Assembly: GCA_965228855.1 (NCBI GenBank)
Contig: CBDDIJ010000005.1
Coordinates: 832,001 to 896,000 of the forward strand
Direction: 5' to 3'
From: Candidatus Obscuribacterales bacterium
GTDB taxonomy: Bacteria; Cyanobacteriota; Vampirovibrionia; Obscuribacterales; Obscuribacteraceae
DNA: 64,000 bases
The position numbers and the translations under genes were made by a program. The notes under the pieces were generated by a model. The model saw nothing but the letters and a program-made list of their open reading frames with translations, did no database searches and had not been told where the DNA came from. Shown here in pieces: positions 1-10,696 of this stretch. Position 1 is the first letter of the stretch, and each line of letters starts with the position of its first letter.

Positions 1-892
1 CCTCTTCGAACTCTTTTCTGGCCAGCTCGGTCTGACCCTGCCGGCGGTGGCACTCGGCTATCAGTTTGAGATCAGAAGCATAATCTTCAGTCTTTGTATC
101 GCCGGCTCTGACGTGAAGCTCGACCAAAGTACCGGCCGCGCGAACGGCGTTACTCAAATCATTCTTCTTAAGATAATACTCGTAAACATCACGCACCGCT
201 CGCAGTGCCTCAGGAGAACTGGCAGTAGGGAGAGCGTTCATAATCGATGAGTAAACTCGCTGCTCGTCATCAGCGTCTTCACGACCGGAATAACCGTGAG
301 CGAGCTGAACAAGACCGGCGTAGTAGCGCCCGTCACTACGTGCAGCCTCGGGACCCTCTTTAAACGCAAGCGCGAACAGATTTTCGCTTTCTCGAAAGTC
401 TTCTTTGCGAAGAGCTTGATTACCAGCCTGCCAGTAGCCGTTGAATCGCTGTTCGGCCCCGTCGCTCGAGCGAATCGTGACGACTTCGATGCCGTTCAAA
501 AGCTGGTCAGTTGAAACAATTCCCGCATCCGCACCGACAATGTCACGGTTGCTCACTAGCACATCATGATACGTGCCCGGTGCGGAGTCGACGTAAAATC
601 GAGTAATCAGGCTGTCGATGCCACCGGGATCAGCGTGCAAAATGGTTCTTGCAAGCAAGAGTGCGTCTATCTTCTGCGTTCGAGGGTCCACAGTCGGATA
701 ATGCGAAATTTCAAGACGGAGATCGCGGCCGTTTCTCACCAGGCGATGCGAGGTATTCTTGGGCAGCACATTTGCAGTGGAAAGTTTTTTCGAGATGGTG
801 ACATCGGAGACAACGGCATCTGCGCTTTGAATCGTCGCAATTAGCAAGAGCATTGCAAAATAATGCGTGAAATTTCGGGACCTTTTTTTCAT
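1..892 (-). CDS. Secreted TPR-like protein, 5' part (runs off window start)
   Basis: Manually translated open frame from ATG at 892 (MKKRSRNFTHYFAMLLLIATIQSADA..., signal-peptide-like) to the window edge; helical repeats such as DLKLIAECHRRQGQTELARKEFE. Absent from the ORF track because it has no stop in the window. Confidence 0.75.
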   Translation of the reverse strand, partial: MKKRSRNFTHYFAMLLLIATIQSADAVVSDVTISKKLSTANVLPKNTSHRLVRNGRDLRLEISHYPTVDPRTQKIDALLLARTILHADPGGIDSLITRFYVDSAPGTYHDVLVSNRDIVGADAGIVSTDQLLNGIEVVTIRSSDGAEQRFNGYWQAGNQALRKEDFRESENLFALAFKEGPEAARSDGRYYAGLVQLAHGYSGREDADDEQRVYSSIMNALPTASSPEALRAVRDVYEYYLKKNDLSNAVRAAGTLVELHVRAGDTKTEDYASDLKLIAECHRRQGQTELARKEFEE

Positions 893-1033
893 CACAGCGC
901 CAAAAACGCGCATCTGGCTCAATCGGGGATGTTATACCCTTCCACTTTAGCGCAGGCATCAAACCTTATCCAGGGTCGCCTAAGGACCAGTTGCATGCGA
1001 AAATATTAGCACCCTTCAAAACGAGAAATAATT

Positions 1034-1888
1034 GTGGACCCGCTATCAATAACTTTGGTTGTCCTGTTCATCGTTGGTTCGACAGCGCTCTCGCTTGCCG
1101 GACTGTGGCTCGTTCGCAAGAAAGTCGAGCTGTCGGTAATAAGGTCGTACCACGAAGTCGCTGGCTATTTATTGTCTGTAATAGGGACACTTTATGCGGT
1201 TCTTCTCGGCTTTATCGTCGTTGACTCGCTCTCGAAGTTCGACCAGGCCAGGGTGCTTGTGGAGGAAGAATCAAATGGGGTAGCAAATGTCTTTTTTCTC
1301 GCCGACAACTTTCCGGAGAAAGAGCGGCATGAAATTCACATTCGTTGCCTGCGGTACGTAGATGCTGTCATTAACACGGAGTGGAAATCAATGCGCAGCG
1401 GCGAACCAAGCCGCGAGGCGCTCTATGAGCTGCGAGCCTTGTGGACGACTGTTTCAAAATTCCAGCCCGCGAATCAGAACCAAACGTCGCTGTGGGAGTC
1501 AATGTTGTCAGGCATGGAAACCATCGGCACCAATCGCAGGCTCAGAATTATCGCTGCAAAATTCGGCTTGTCGCCGGTGATGACAGCGGTTTTAATCATA
1601 GGCGCCACCATCACTATCGTTTTCACTTATTTTTTCGGTCTTGAAAAATTCAGAGCACAAGCGGTGATGACCGCTCTCGTCAGTCTGACTTTATCGTTGA
1701 ACGTCTGCCTGGTTCTGCTTTACGGCTATCCATTTCGCGGTGGAATCGACGTGCCGCCAAGTGCATTTCTGTTTGACAGGCACATCATTCGCAACGAGCT
1801 AAAGCGGCATGGAGAGTCAGACGACAGCGATGTATCTCCAGCTCCGAAATTCGATTTGAGCGATAAATTCATGCTCGATCCGCATTAG
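1034..1888 (+). CDS. DUF4239 / bestrophin-like membrane protein
   Basis: 284 aa; GTLYAVLLGFIVV motif, N- and C-terminal TM pairs and C-terminal YPFRG typical of DUF4239. Confidence 0.75.
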   Translation: MDPLSITLVVLFIVGSTALSLAGLWLVRKKVELSVIRSYHEVAGYLLSVIGTLYAVLLGFIVVDSLSKFDQARVLVEEESNGVANVFFLADNFPEKERHEIHIRCLRYVDAVINTEWKSMRSGEPSREALYELRALWTTVSKFQPANQNQTSLWESMLSGMETIGTNRRLRIIAAKFGLSPVMTAVLIIGATITIVFTYFFGLEKFRAQAVMTALVSLTLSLNVCLVLLYGYPFRGGIDVPPSAFLFDRHIIRNELKRHGESDDSDVSPAPKFDLSDKFMLDPH

Positions 1889-1945
1889 CGACTTGGTCTG
1901 GATCGTTTCGTACATATGCGATAACATGGCGCACTTTGGCTGTCG

Positions 1946-3433
1946 TTGTCGAGGTGTCGACCTATGCCCTCATTGAGTCCGGTTGGCGACCGGGTCAAGG
2001 AAACCCAGGATTCTCGCACTCACTCCGCTCATGAACCCGGTGACCCGATGACCTCCAATGAAAGCATCGTAGACGACAAGATTCTCGCACAAAGAGCAGA
2101 GACGTCCCTACCGGATGCAGCGGAAACTGAGTCGAACGCAATGCCAGCCGAATTAGACTCAGTGTCAGCTGAACCACATCTCGAAGGCCCATCGCGTTGG
2201 CATGCGCTTCTTGCCACATGGCTAGGCGGTGTCTTTGACGGAATGGACTCGTCGATTTTCGCGATTGTCTTATTTCCAGCACTAGCAGAGTTGCTCGGAA
2301 CCAAGGACTACTCAACGGTAGGTCTTCATGGTTCTTACATCATTGCGCTGTTCATGATCGGATGGGCAGCCGGAGCGATGGTTTTCGGCATGGCAGCAGA
2401 CTACTTCGGTCGCGCGCGTGTGCTGAGTTTCACGATTATCCTTTATGCGCTTTGCACCGGACTTTGTGCGACAGCGCACTCCTGGCAAGAGATGGGACTA
2501 TATCGATTTTTAGTCGGAGCAGGCATAGGTGGCGAAATGGGAATCGGAGCAGTGCTGCTCTCCGAATGCTGGCCGCAGAAATCGCGAGCCTATGCGGTTG
2601 GTGCAATGGCGACCTCTCTTGGTTTCGGATACTTTCTCACAGCTGGTTTGAACCTCTGGCTCGGAGGTTTCGGTTGGCGCTGGCTGTTCGTGGCAGGTGT
2701 TATTCCAGCATTTTTGACTGTATATATCAGGCTGAAACTGAAGGAGCCGAAGCAATTCAATGAAGTAAAAAAACAGCGCGATTTACAGAAGAAAAATGGC
2801 GTCAAAGGCGACTCTGTAACGGCAATCTTGAAAGAGTTGTTCAACGAAAAATACAAGAGCAGGACACTAGCGGTGGTGGCAGTAGCGAGTGCTGCAATCG
2901 TCACCTGGTGGGCCGTCATCGCCTGGATTCCAGCCTGGATTAACCAATTGACTGGCGAACTAGCAGTCAGCGAGCGCAGCCACGCGATGTTCCTGAAAGA
3001 CATCGGCATGATCCTATCCGGCGTGCTCGGCGGTTGGGTGATATCCAAACTCGGTTATAAAAAGACAATGGTGATGGCGTTCATCATGTCATTCATCTGC
3101 GCCGTCGGCATGTTTCAAACCACGTCAACATTCGGATTCCCCCTTCTATGCTGGGTTCTCTCTGTTGGATTTTTTGCACATCTGCCCTTCGTAGTTTTAT
3201 GGATGTGCATTCCTGAACTATTCGAAGCGAGAATTCGCAGCACCGCATTTGGTTTCACCTACAACATTGGGCGATTCGCCGCGGCACTCGGAGCGTTGGG
3301 AAGCGGCGCTCTGATCACAGTATTCAACGGCTCTTACGCAATGGCAGCAACAACAGTTGCTTCAATTTATATCGTCGGCGCGATTGGTTCCCTTCTAATG
3401 CCAGAGACAACAGGCGAGTTGGAACAAGGTTAA
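1946..3433 (+). CDS. MFS transporter (true start may be a downstream ATG)
   Basis: About 12 TM segments; FDGMD, ADYFGR (motif A), RFLVGAGIGGE, PELFEARIRSTA. Confidence 0.9.
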   Translation: MSRCRPMPSLSPVGDRVKETQDSRTHSAHEPGDPMTSNESIVDDKILAQRAETSLPDAAETESNAMPAELDSVSAEPHLEGPSRWHALLATWLGGVFDGMDSSIFAIVLFPALAELLGTKDYSTVGLHGSYIIALFMIGWAAGAMVFGMAADYFGRARVLSFTIILYALCTGLCATAHSWQEMGLYRFLVGAGIGGEMGIGAVLLSECWPQKSRAYAVGAMATSLGFGYFLTAGLNLWLGGFGWRWLFVAGVIPAFLTVYIRLKLKEPKQFNEVKKQRDLQKKNGVKGDSVTAILKELFNEKYKSRTLAVVAVASAAIVTWWAVIAWIPAWINQLTGELAVSERSHAMFLKDIGMILSGVLGGWVISKLGYKKTMVMAFIMSFICAVGMFQTTSTFGFPLLCWVLSVGFFAHLPFVVLWMCIPELFEARIRSTAFGFTYNIGRFAAALGALGSGALITVFNGSYAMAATTVASIYIVGAIGSLLMPETTGELEQG

Positions 3434-3450
3434 TAAGGGTCCGGCGAATG

Positions 3451-3846
3451 TTATAGCTGATCGCGGCGGGTCGGTTTTGGCGGGTCTTCGCGACCCAGGT
3501 CAAGAATCGAGCGAATTTCTTCATCGGTTATATTGTGCTCTAGCATCTTGGGCAAAAACTGGTCGAGCATCTGACCATGCCATTCAACGACATCGCTACG
3601 CTGCATGTTTTTTACTATCGAAGCGATTAGCGTCATCCAGTATTCGCGCTCAGGCTTTCCAATTTGAGCTTTAATTGACTGAAACGAATGCTCGGTGTAG
3701 CCGGCGCCTTCCAGTTCCAAAATAAACGCTTCAGGCACAGCATTGGCAGGGTCGAGCAGCCGAGGCCAACCGCCATACTTCTCAGCGATTGCGTTCAACT
3801 CTTCGTCGTGAAAGCTAAAATTGATCTTGTGCTGCCGCATCCTCAA
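3451..3846 (-). CDS. Hypothetical protein
   Basis: 131-aa ORF 7 nt downstream of larC on the same strand, with protein-like composition. Confidence 0.6.
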   Translation of the reverse strand: MRMRQHKINFSFHDEELNAIAEKYGGWPRLLDPANAVPEAFILELEGAGYTEHSFQSIKAQIGKPEREYWMTLIASIVKNMQRSDVVEWHGQMLDQFLPKMLEHNITDEEIRSILDLGREDPPKPTRRDQL

Positions 3847-3853
3847 ATCCTCG

Positions 3854-5362
3854 CTATCCCGAGGATTGTTCGGTCATATATTGAGCGAGCGCTTGCTCAA
3901 AAACTTCCTTAAGCGGCAATCCATGCCGTTCAGCGTACGTCGCACAATCGGAATATTCCGGTTGTACATTTACGATGTTGCCGCTCAAATCGCGGCCAAC
4001 TTTAATTCTGATGGACCAACTGTCGGAAAGCTTCACTTCGGCAAACTCGCGTTCTGCCACTAATCGCTCGACGAGATAACTTCGCACACCAAGTGAAGAT
4101 GTTTCCTTTAGTATCAGCGTTTCGATTTTTCGGCGATCTTGAGGTTTCGCGAGAACTGTGATTAGGTGCCCGCTGCGTCCCTTCTTCATTGTCGCCGGGA
4201 CCACAGATATGTCTAAAGCGCCCTCCGCAAGAGCTTTTTCCAAAGTGTAGGCGATGATGTTTGGAGGGCAATCGTCGATGTTTGCTTCAATGACAGCAAT
4301 TATTTCAACGCGAAACTGATTGGCGTCACCGGCTATCGCCGCGGTTTCCGACCGAGTTCCTGGAACAGAAGTCGCTACACCATTAGCGATACCAGGGTTT
4401 AATTCAAAGTTTCCGCCGACCTGCTCAATAGCCGGAAAAGACGATAGCTTATTAGAGATAGAACTGCATTGCCCGATGAAGGTACGCACAACATTTGGGT
4501 GCGACGGCGGATTCAACGTGCCGGCACCATAGCCGACACTCTCGATCTTTTCAAACGATGGAGCCGCGCCCCAGCGTTCTGCTACAGTCGCGAGAATGGC
4601 TGCTCCCGTCGGTGTCAGGCATTCAAAACGGATATCGACAGAGTTAATTGGCGCTCCGGCCATCTCGACGAGGTACGCGGTCGCTGGTCCGGGAACAGGA
4701 TATAGTCCATGCTGCGTCTTAACCGTGCCACCACCGAGAGTGAGCGGCGACACTACGGCGGTTTCAATTCCAAGAAGATCAAAGCCGACGCAAAATCCGA
4801 CTATATCTACGATTGCGTCGACGGCACCGACTTCATGGAAATGAACGTTTTCCGGGTCAACACCGTGAACACGTCCTTCCGAAATCGCCAGGTTGCGAAA
4901 AACTTTGGTCGATAGCTCCTTGGCTCTAGCAGATATTCCAGATGCTTCGATAAGCTCCAGAATTTCCTTAACGCTGCGACCATGCGGTCCTTCATGGTGG
5001 TGTGTATCGAGTACGTCATGCGTGTGGTCGTGCTTATGACCGTGTTCGTGTTCGTGGTCATGACCGTGTTCATGACCGTGTCCATGCTTATGCCCGTGTT
5101 CATGTTTATGAGCGTCGTCGTGATCGTGAGTATGCTCTTGTGAATGAGTATGTTCGGTGTGGTGGCACTTCACGTCGATCTTCTTGGATGCCACCAGACA
5201 GCGCATCACATCCTCCACCGAAACTTCGAAACTGCCCGGTGGCAGTGCGATCTTTCGCAGTTCTGCCCGCCACTGTTCGAAGTTCAAGCCGTTCGCCAGA
5301 AGCGACGCACAAAGCATGTCGCCGGCAGCGCCGAACTGGCAGTCAAAATATGCGACCTTCAT
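3854..5362 (-). CDS. larC: Nickel pincer cofactor biosynthesis protein LarC
   Basis: YFDCQFGAAGDM N-terminus, His-rich insert, HFHEVGAVDAIVDI, ECLTPTGAA, EANIDD, MKKGR, QPEYSD. Confidence 0.92.
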   Translation of the reverse strand: MKVAYFDCQFGAAGDMLCASLLANGLNFEQWRAELRKIALPPGSFEVSVEDVMRCLVASKKIDVKCHHTEHTHSQEHTHDHDDAHKHEHGHKHGHGHEHGHDHEHEHGHKHDHTHDVLDTHHHEGPHGRSVKEILELIEASGISARAKELSTKVFRNLAISEGRVHGVDPENVHFHEVGAVDAIVDIVGFCVGFDLLGIETAVVSPLTLGGGTVKTQHGLYPVPGPATAYLVEMAGAPINSVDIRFECLTPTGAAILATVAERWGAAPSFEKIESVGYGAGTLNPPSHPNVVRTFIGQCSSISNKLSSFPAIEQVGGNFELNPGIANGVATSVPGTRSETAAIAGDANQFRVEIIAVIEANIDDCPPNIIAYTLEKALAEGALDISVVPATMKKGRSGHLITVLAKPQDRRKIETLILKETSSLGVRSYLVERLVAEREFAEVKLSDSWSIRIKVGRDLSGNIVNVQPEYSDCATYAERHGLPLKEVFEQALAQYMTEQSSG

Positions 5363-5367
5363 AAGCT

Positions 5368-5988
5368 TTACCTCGTGGGCATTTCCAGATCGCCAAGGTC
5401 TGTTTCGGTGATGACCTTGGTGGCAAGGCTCATCATTTTAGTTATATGGTCATACTTGTTGTTGAGCAGCACAAGTTTTTTATCTCCCGGCGTGAGTGTC
5501 ATCGAGAAGTCTCCGCCGCGCTGGCTGACGACTGCGCCCCCACCATAAATGCGCTCTTTCTCGTTTCGCTCATGCCTGGCGCTGTAAGCTTTGACGACAA
5601 TACCTTTAAGTCCCTTTCCGTTGCTGACGATACGACCAAACACCGGATAGCCCTTTTTCAACGAAACCATGACTGTGCGCGCCTCGTCGCCCGGCACCTC
5701 CACGAGAGCAGACGCCAGATTAGACTTCTTCGGAGCAAACACTTCCAGCGTGCATGTCCCACATTTCGGATGTCTGAACGAAAACTTACCTTCGTCATCA
5801 GTCCTCGTAGTCATGGAAACGGAGTTGTCGGTCGTCCAGAGATCGACCTTCACACCGGACAAAGTTTTGTTCTTATCGTTGCGAACCTGCCCGCTAAGCA
5901 CCTTTTGGAGTGCTTGCGCCGGCGAGTTCGAAATGGCCAGGAAAGTTAGAGACAAAAGTGAGGCAGCAGCAGCAATTCGCAATGACAT
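5368..5988 (-). CDS. Secreted carboxypeptidase regulatory-like (prealbumin/Cna-B-like) domain protein
   Basis: Start reassigned to ATG 5988 (MSLRIAAAASLL, signal peptide) to avoid overlapping dusB; LSGQVRND..LSGVKV..TRTDDEGKFSF pattern repeated twice. Confidence 0.7.
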   Translation of the reverse strand: MSLRIAAAASLLSLTFLAISNSPAQALQKVLSGQVRNDKNKTLSGVKVDLWTTDNSVSMTTRTDDEGKFSFRHPKCGTCTLEVFAPKKSNLASALVEVPGDEARTVMVSLKKGYPVFGRIVSNGKGLKGIVVKAYSARHERNEKERIYGGGAVVSQRGGDFSMTLTPGDKKLVLLNNKYDHITKMMSLATKVITETDLGDLEMPTR

Positions 5989-6061
5989 CTGACAATTCTT
6001 GAAAAGTTGTAGGACAATAGAAGCTAACTCATACAGAGTATCAGAACAGGCGCCGTGATTC

Positions 6062-7174
6062 ATGCCTATCAAGATCGGTTCGCTTACAGTTCCAGGACGT
6101 GTCTACGTGCCGCCTATGGCGGGCGTAACCGATCTCGTGTTCAGGAATATCGTGCGACGCGTGGATCGCGGATGTTTACTTGCAACAGAGATGGTTTCGA
6201 GCAAGAGCCTTCAGTTCAAATCAGACTCACGCCTTATGGATCTGGCGTCTGATGAGCATCCCATAGGCATTCAAATTTTCGGTCATGAACCGGAAGTTAT
6301 GGCGATGGCAGCGAAGATGGCTGAAGAACGGGGTGCCGACTTCGTTGATATTAACATGGGTTGTCCTGTTCCAAAGATTACAAACGGAAAGGACGGCTGT
6401 GCGCTGATGCGCGAGCCTGATCTGGCAAAAGAAATAGTCACGGCAATTCACTCGTCAGTGAAAATTCCGGTGACAGTAAAGTTTCGCCTGGGCTGGGACG
6501 AGAGCACGAAAAACTGCGTCGAGTTTGGCGAAATGCTGGAGGGTGCAGGAGCCTCAGCAGTGACCGTTCACGGTCGAACGAGAGCGCAGCGATATGCCGG
6601 CAACGCAGACTGGACGATGATCGCGTTCGTGAAAAAGGCGCTGTCCATACCGGTCTTCGGCAACGGCGATGTTTTCGAACCAGAAGATGCAGCCCGTTTA
6701 TTGGAAGCTACAAACTGCGACGGTGTGGCAGTGGCACGGGGAACACTCGGCAATCCCTGGTTAATTCCGCGTATTACAAAATACCTGGACACCGGAATAC
6801 TTGATGCGACGCCAGATGTAGTAGATCGACTGATCCTTGCAATGCATCACTGTATCGGCATGATCGCCTATAAGGGCATCAGAGTAGGAACGAGCGAGTC
6901 GCGGCGACATCTGATCAACTACACAAAGGGAATTCATAAAAGCGCTCCCTACCGAAACAGGCTCACCCAGGTCAATTCAGCTCGAGAAATAGTGGATGTT
7001 CTAGCAGAGTTGGTGGAGCAGGAAGCCGGAACGGACGGCAAAAGGCGCTTCCTGAGCGCGGTTGAGCGCTACGACATCGAGAATATAGGAAAGTTCGACG
7101 AAGGCAACAATGGACCAGAAGCAGCCCTCAAGGCGCTCGGCTCGGCGCCGCTACTGGTTGGAGCCGGACGCTAG
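6062..7174 (+). CDS. dusB: tRNA-dihydrouridine synthase DusB
   Basis: PMAGVTD, QIFG, DINMGCP, VKFRLGW, VHGRT, GNGDV motifs. Confidence 0.92.
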   Translation: MPIKIGSLTVPGRVYVPPMAGVTDLVFRNIVRRVDRGCLLATEMVSSKSLQFKSDSRLMDLASDEHPIGIQIFGHEPEVMAMAAKMAEERGADFVDINMGCPVPKITNGKDGCALMREPDLAKEIVTAIHSSVKIPVTVKFRLGWDESTKNCVEFGEMLEGAGASAVTVHGRTRAQRYAGNADWTMIAFVKKALSIPVFGNGDVFEPEDAARLLEATNCDGVAVARGTLGNPWLIPRITKYLDTGILDATPDVVDRLILAMHHCIGMIAYKGIRVGTSESRRHLINYTKGIHKSAPYRNRLTQVNSAREIVDVLAELVEQEAGTDGKRRFLSAVERYDIENIGKFDEGNNGPEAALKALGSAPLLVGAGR

Positions 7175-7283
7175 AAAGACTGGTTCAAGCCTCAGCAGAC
7201 GCAGAGGCTAACTCCGGAATTAGCGAACGCCCGGGCAGCATAGTCCAGGCTTCTGACGAGACTTGACGAACTCAATAACCGTT

Positions 7284-7493
7284 CTAATGATGATAGAGGA
7301 TGATGATTTCGATCAAGGCGAACATCCAGGCAAACGGCACCGCAATGGCGAATGCTGTTTCAAGCCCCCAGTCGATATGCGCTCCGTCGCGCCAATCACA
7401 AAACCAGAGCACGCCGTTGATGATGGGCGTCATACACCAGCCCATAATGCCTGATAGCAAGGCTAACATCAAAACTATTGACCAGATATCCAT
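7284..7493 (-). CDS. Small hypothetical membrane protein
   Basis: 69 aa with two hydrophobic segments; fills the gap downstream of rpoZ. Confidence 0.4.
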   Translation of the reverse strand: MDIWSIVLMLALLSGIMGWCMTPIINGVLWFCDWRDGAHIDWGLETAFAIAVPFAWMFALIEIIILYHH

Positions 7494-7619
7494 CCTTGGA
7501 TGATTCAGTCTCCCGCGCGCCTAGAGTATAGAAGTGGAGTCTAAACCCTGAGCGAGCATTTGACAACGGGAATATTCCCATTGAAGACCAGCTTAGAGTC
7601 AATTTATAAAGAGACCGAC

Positions 7620-7832
7620 TTAGTAGATGTGATAGCCGGAGGTCGAGATCAAGATGGTTCCGTCGCCTTCAGCAGCTACCATCTGCAGCGCCTGGATCAC
7701 GGCGTTGGTGGTCTTGTGCTGTTCGCGTGTTTCGTTCTTGATCTGTTTGGCACGCTGAGCGACCTTCAACACGAGTTCGTATCGGTTGGTGCTTTCGTCC
7801 AGCAGTTGATCGAGAATATTGGTTGTGCTCAT
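7620..7832 (-). CDS. rpoZ: RNA polymerase omega subunit
   Basis: NRYELVLKVAQRAK and AVIQAL motifs; directly downstream of gmk (conserved gmk-rpoZ order). Confidence 0.85.
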   Translation of the reverse strand: MSTTNILDQLLDESTNRYELVLKVAQRAKQIKNETREQHKTTNAVIQALQMVAAEGDGTILISTSGYHIY

Positions 7833-7854
7833 TTAGGGCCTCACCCGGGTTTTC

Positions 7855-8496
7855 TTATATGCGCAGTCTTTCAGCATACACGATAGCCGTTAGATTGCGA
7901 ACAGCTTCTTTCAGATTGTCATTAATAACTTCATAATTGAACAGATGGCGCTGCTGCATCTCGCCCTTAGCCTTCTTCAAACGCTCGGAAATTTTTTCTT
8001 CAGTCTCAGTTCCGCGGCTTCTCAAGCGGCTTGCCAGGTCCTCAAACGAGGGCGGGGATATGAAGATCAAGATGGCGTCCTTGCACTTCTCTCGCACCTG
8101 CATTGCGCCTTGCACCTCGATCTCAAGAATCACATCGATTCCCTTTTCCAGGTGCTCGCTGACCCACTGAGACGGCGTACCGTAGTAATTACCCGCAAAC
8201 TCGGCATATTCCAGGAAATCGCCACGTTTTTGCATCGCGAAGAATTCTTCTTCCGAGCGGAAGAAGTAGTGCTCCCCCTCGACTTCGATACTGCGGCGGG
8301 GGCGGGTTGTTACTGAAACCGACTTGGCAAGCTGATCGACTTCGTCTAAGACGGCTCCGACGATAGTCCCCTTCCCGACGCCGGATGGTCCGGTCACGAC
8401 CAGCAAAGAACCGGTCTTTGTCATCGGCTCGATCTTGTCAGGCGACACAGAGGTCACTCCGGTGGTTGGCTCGGGACTCTTCTTGGTTTCCATCAT
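7855..8496 (-). CDS. gmk: Guanylate kinase
   Basis: GPSGVGKGT P-loop, SVTTRPRR, EGEHYFF, YYGT, LEIEVQGA. Confidence 0.95.
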   Translation of the reverse strand: MMETKKSPEPTTGVTSVSPDKIEPMTKTGSLLVVTGPSGVGKGTIVGAVLDEVDQLAKSVSVTTRPRRSIEVEGEHYFFRSEEEFFAMQKRGDFLEYAEFAGNYYGTPSQWVSEHLEKGIDVILEIEVQGAMQVREKCKDAILIFISPPSFEDLASRLRSRGTETEEKISERLKKAKGEMQQRHLFNYEVINDNLKEAVRNLTAIVYAERLRI

Positions 8497-8762
8497 CTAA
8501 CTCTCCAACCGACTCAGCCAAACTAGTCGGTCCCTCAAAAACTATGGCGCTAATTATGCCCTTTTTACGAACCACATGCAAACCCGCCTGCAATGCCGGA
8601 TATGTAGACGCAAAGCGAGAAGCCGTCAGCCGAGTGACGTATTTCGGAGCGATTAGCCCTTTCCGAAAAAGTGGAATAACTCGCATACGAAATCTTGGCG
8701 ATTCATAACAAAATGGCCAAGTTTTGCTAGATTGAGCCAGTTAGACAATTGCCTTTTAAATC

Positions 8763-10691
8763 ATGCAGCCATTTGACGCACTATCAATCAGAGCGGTTCT
8801 TCAAGAAGCTAAACCGCTTTTGATCAACCGCCGAGTCGACCGGATCTACCAGCTCGGCCGGGACGAAGTGCTTATCTCCCTGCGTTCAAAAGGCGGCGCG
8901 GTGAGCCTGTTTCTATCCGCTCAATCGGTTTACGGCAGAATGTGCCTCGTGCGTATCCCCAGTGGAGAAGCAGCGGACAAGAATCCGACCGACCGTGCAA
9001 TCCACGACCGATATCAATCGAAACACAGCGCCGGTGCGCCGCCCAATTTTTGCCTGGTACTGAGAAAACACTTGTCGGGAGCCATTTTGATTGGAGTCGA
9101 GCAACTCCCCGGCGAGCGCATAATCGATTTCATTTTCTCTGCTACCGACGAGGTCGGTTCGAGTTCAATCAAAGTATTGACCGCTGAGATCATGGGCCGA
9201 CACAGCAATTTGATTTTCTGGGACAAAGAATCGGGAAAAATTCTGTCCTCGTCGCACGCAGTAACTCAAGAGATGAGCAGACAGCGAGAGGTTCTACCCA
9301 ATCTTCAATACGAACGCCCTCCCAGTCAGGATCGTCAAAGCATCTTCGCGGTCAGTGAGTCCGATTTCAAAGCCAAGTTTAAACACCTGCAAGAAACTTT
9401 TTTACAAAACAAACCTGCCACCACAAGCGGTGACAATGCTCAGGAAAAACCGGCGCCGGCAACTCTCGAGCAATGGTTAATATCATCGTTTACCGGACTC
9501 GGAAAACATCTGAGCGAAGAAACCGTCGTCGGAGCAAAACTAGAGAGCCAACTCACCGATGCACTGAAAATTTCAAATGTCGAAGATCGGTTATGGAAAC
9601 AGATTAACCTGCTCCAGACGCCAACCAATTTCAGACCGGCTATGCAAGCGGACCTGAACAGATACACCGTAATCGGCTGGTATCCGGATTTCGAGGATGA
9701 GGGGAAGTGGAAGAAGTTTCCTTCCGTCAACGATATGGTTGAACATTATTTTCGATCGCTGGAAGCAAGAGAGCAATTCATCCAACTTCGAGAAAAAATT
9801 AAATCCGAAGTCAGTGCGGAATCGAACAAACTTGACGTCAGAAAACACGTTGCCGCGGGGCATCTAAGCGCCGAAGGCGAAATCGAACGTTTGAAACAGT
9901 CAGGAGATTCAATACTCTCAAATCTCCATCAAATTAAGTTGGGCCAGGATGAATTAGTCGTATCCGATTGGACGAAGGACAACGGCGGCGAACTCAAAAT
10001 AAGTCTTAATCCGAATATGTCTGCTGTACAAAATTCGCAGGTGTTTTACAGACAGTACGCCAAACTCCGCTCTAGACAGGGTGCCGCACAAACAACTTTG
10101 AACGAAGTTCAAAAACGTCTCGATTTCCTTGGCGAACTCCGAAGAAGTTGCGAGGATGCAAAAGACATTGAGAGTCTGCGAAAAATTCGCGAGACCTTGA
10201 GCGGTAGAAAGCCAACTCAGGAGCGTATAAAAGGCGATCCAAAGGCTCACCAGCAAAAGCAACACAAAGGCAATAGTGGTGGCGCCGGTGGAGGCAAACC
10301 AAAATCGCTTTCGCTGACGTCCTCCGACGGCTGGACAATATTCGTCGGACGAAATCGGAATGAAAACGACCACCTGCTCAGTAAAGTCGCAAATCCAAAC
10401 GACATATGGTTCCACGTCCTGGGTCAGGGTGGAGCGCATGTTCTCATCCGCGTTCCTTCAAACAAACAAGAACCGCCTAAGACCACCATCACAGAAGCCG
10501 CTACCGTGGCGGCTCGACTGTCAAAAGCTGGAACGGGTGCAAAAGTGCGAGTAATTTACACGCAATGCAAATTCGTCAAGAAAACCGATCCTAACAAGCC
10601 GGGATTAGTTCGCTACGAAAACGAAAAAACAATTGAAATCGACCTGACCAAGCCAATGCCGAAGATGATGAAAAAGTTGTTCGCGACCTGA
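8763..10691 (+). CDS. rqcH: NFACT / RqcH (FbpA-like) ribosome quality control protein
   Basis: MQPFDA, EIMGRHSNL, VGRNRNEND, WFHV..GAHV (NFACT-R). Confidence 0.9.
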   Translation: MQPFDALSIRAVLQEAKPLLINRRVDRIYQLGRDEVLISLRSKGGAVSLFLSAQSVYGRMCLVRIPSGEAADKNPTDRAIHDRYQSKHSAGAPPNFCLVLRKHLSGAILIGVEQLPGERIIDFIFSATDEVGSSSIKVLTAEIMGRHSNLIFWDKESGKILSSSHAVTQEMSRQREVLPNLQYERPPSQDRQSIFAVSESDFKAKFKHLQETFLQNKPATTSGDNAQEKPAPATLEQWLISSFTGLGKHLSEETVVGAKLESQLTDALKISNVEDRLWKQINLLQTPTNFRPAMQADLNRYTVIGWYPDFEDEGKWKKFPSVNDMVEHYFRSLEAREQFIQLREKIKSEVSAESNKLDVRKHVAAGHLSAEGEIERLKQSGDSILSNLHQIKLGQDELVVSDWTKDNGGELKISLNPNMSAVQNSQVFYRQYAKLRSRQGAAQTTLNEVQKRLDFLGELRRSCEDAKDIESLRKIRETLSGRKPTQERIKGDPKAHQQKQHKGNSGGAGGGKPKSLSLTSSDGWTIFVGRNRNENDHLLSKVANPNDIWFHVLGQGGAHVLIRVPSNKQEPPKTTITEAATVAARLSKAGTGAKVRVIYTQCKFVKKTDPNKPGLVRYENEKTIEIDLTKPMPKMMKKLFAT

Positions 10692-10696
10692 TGGTC

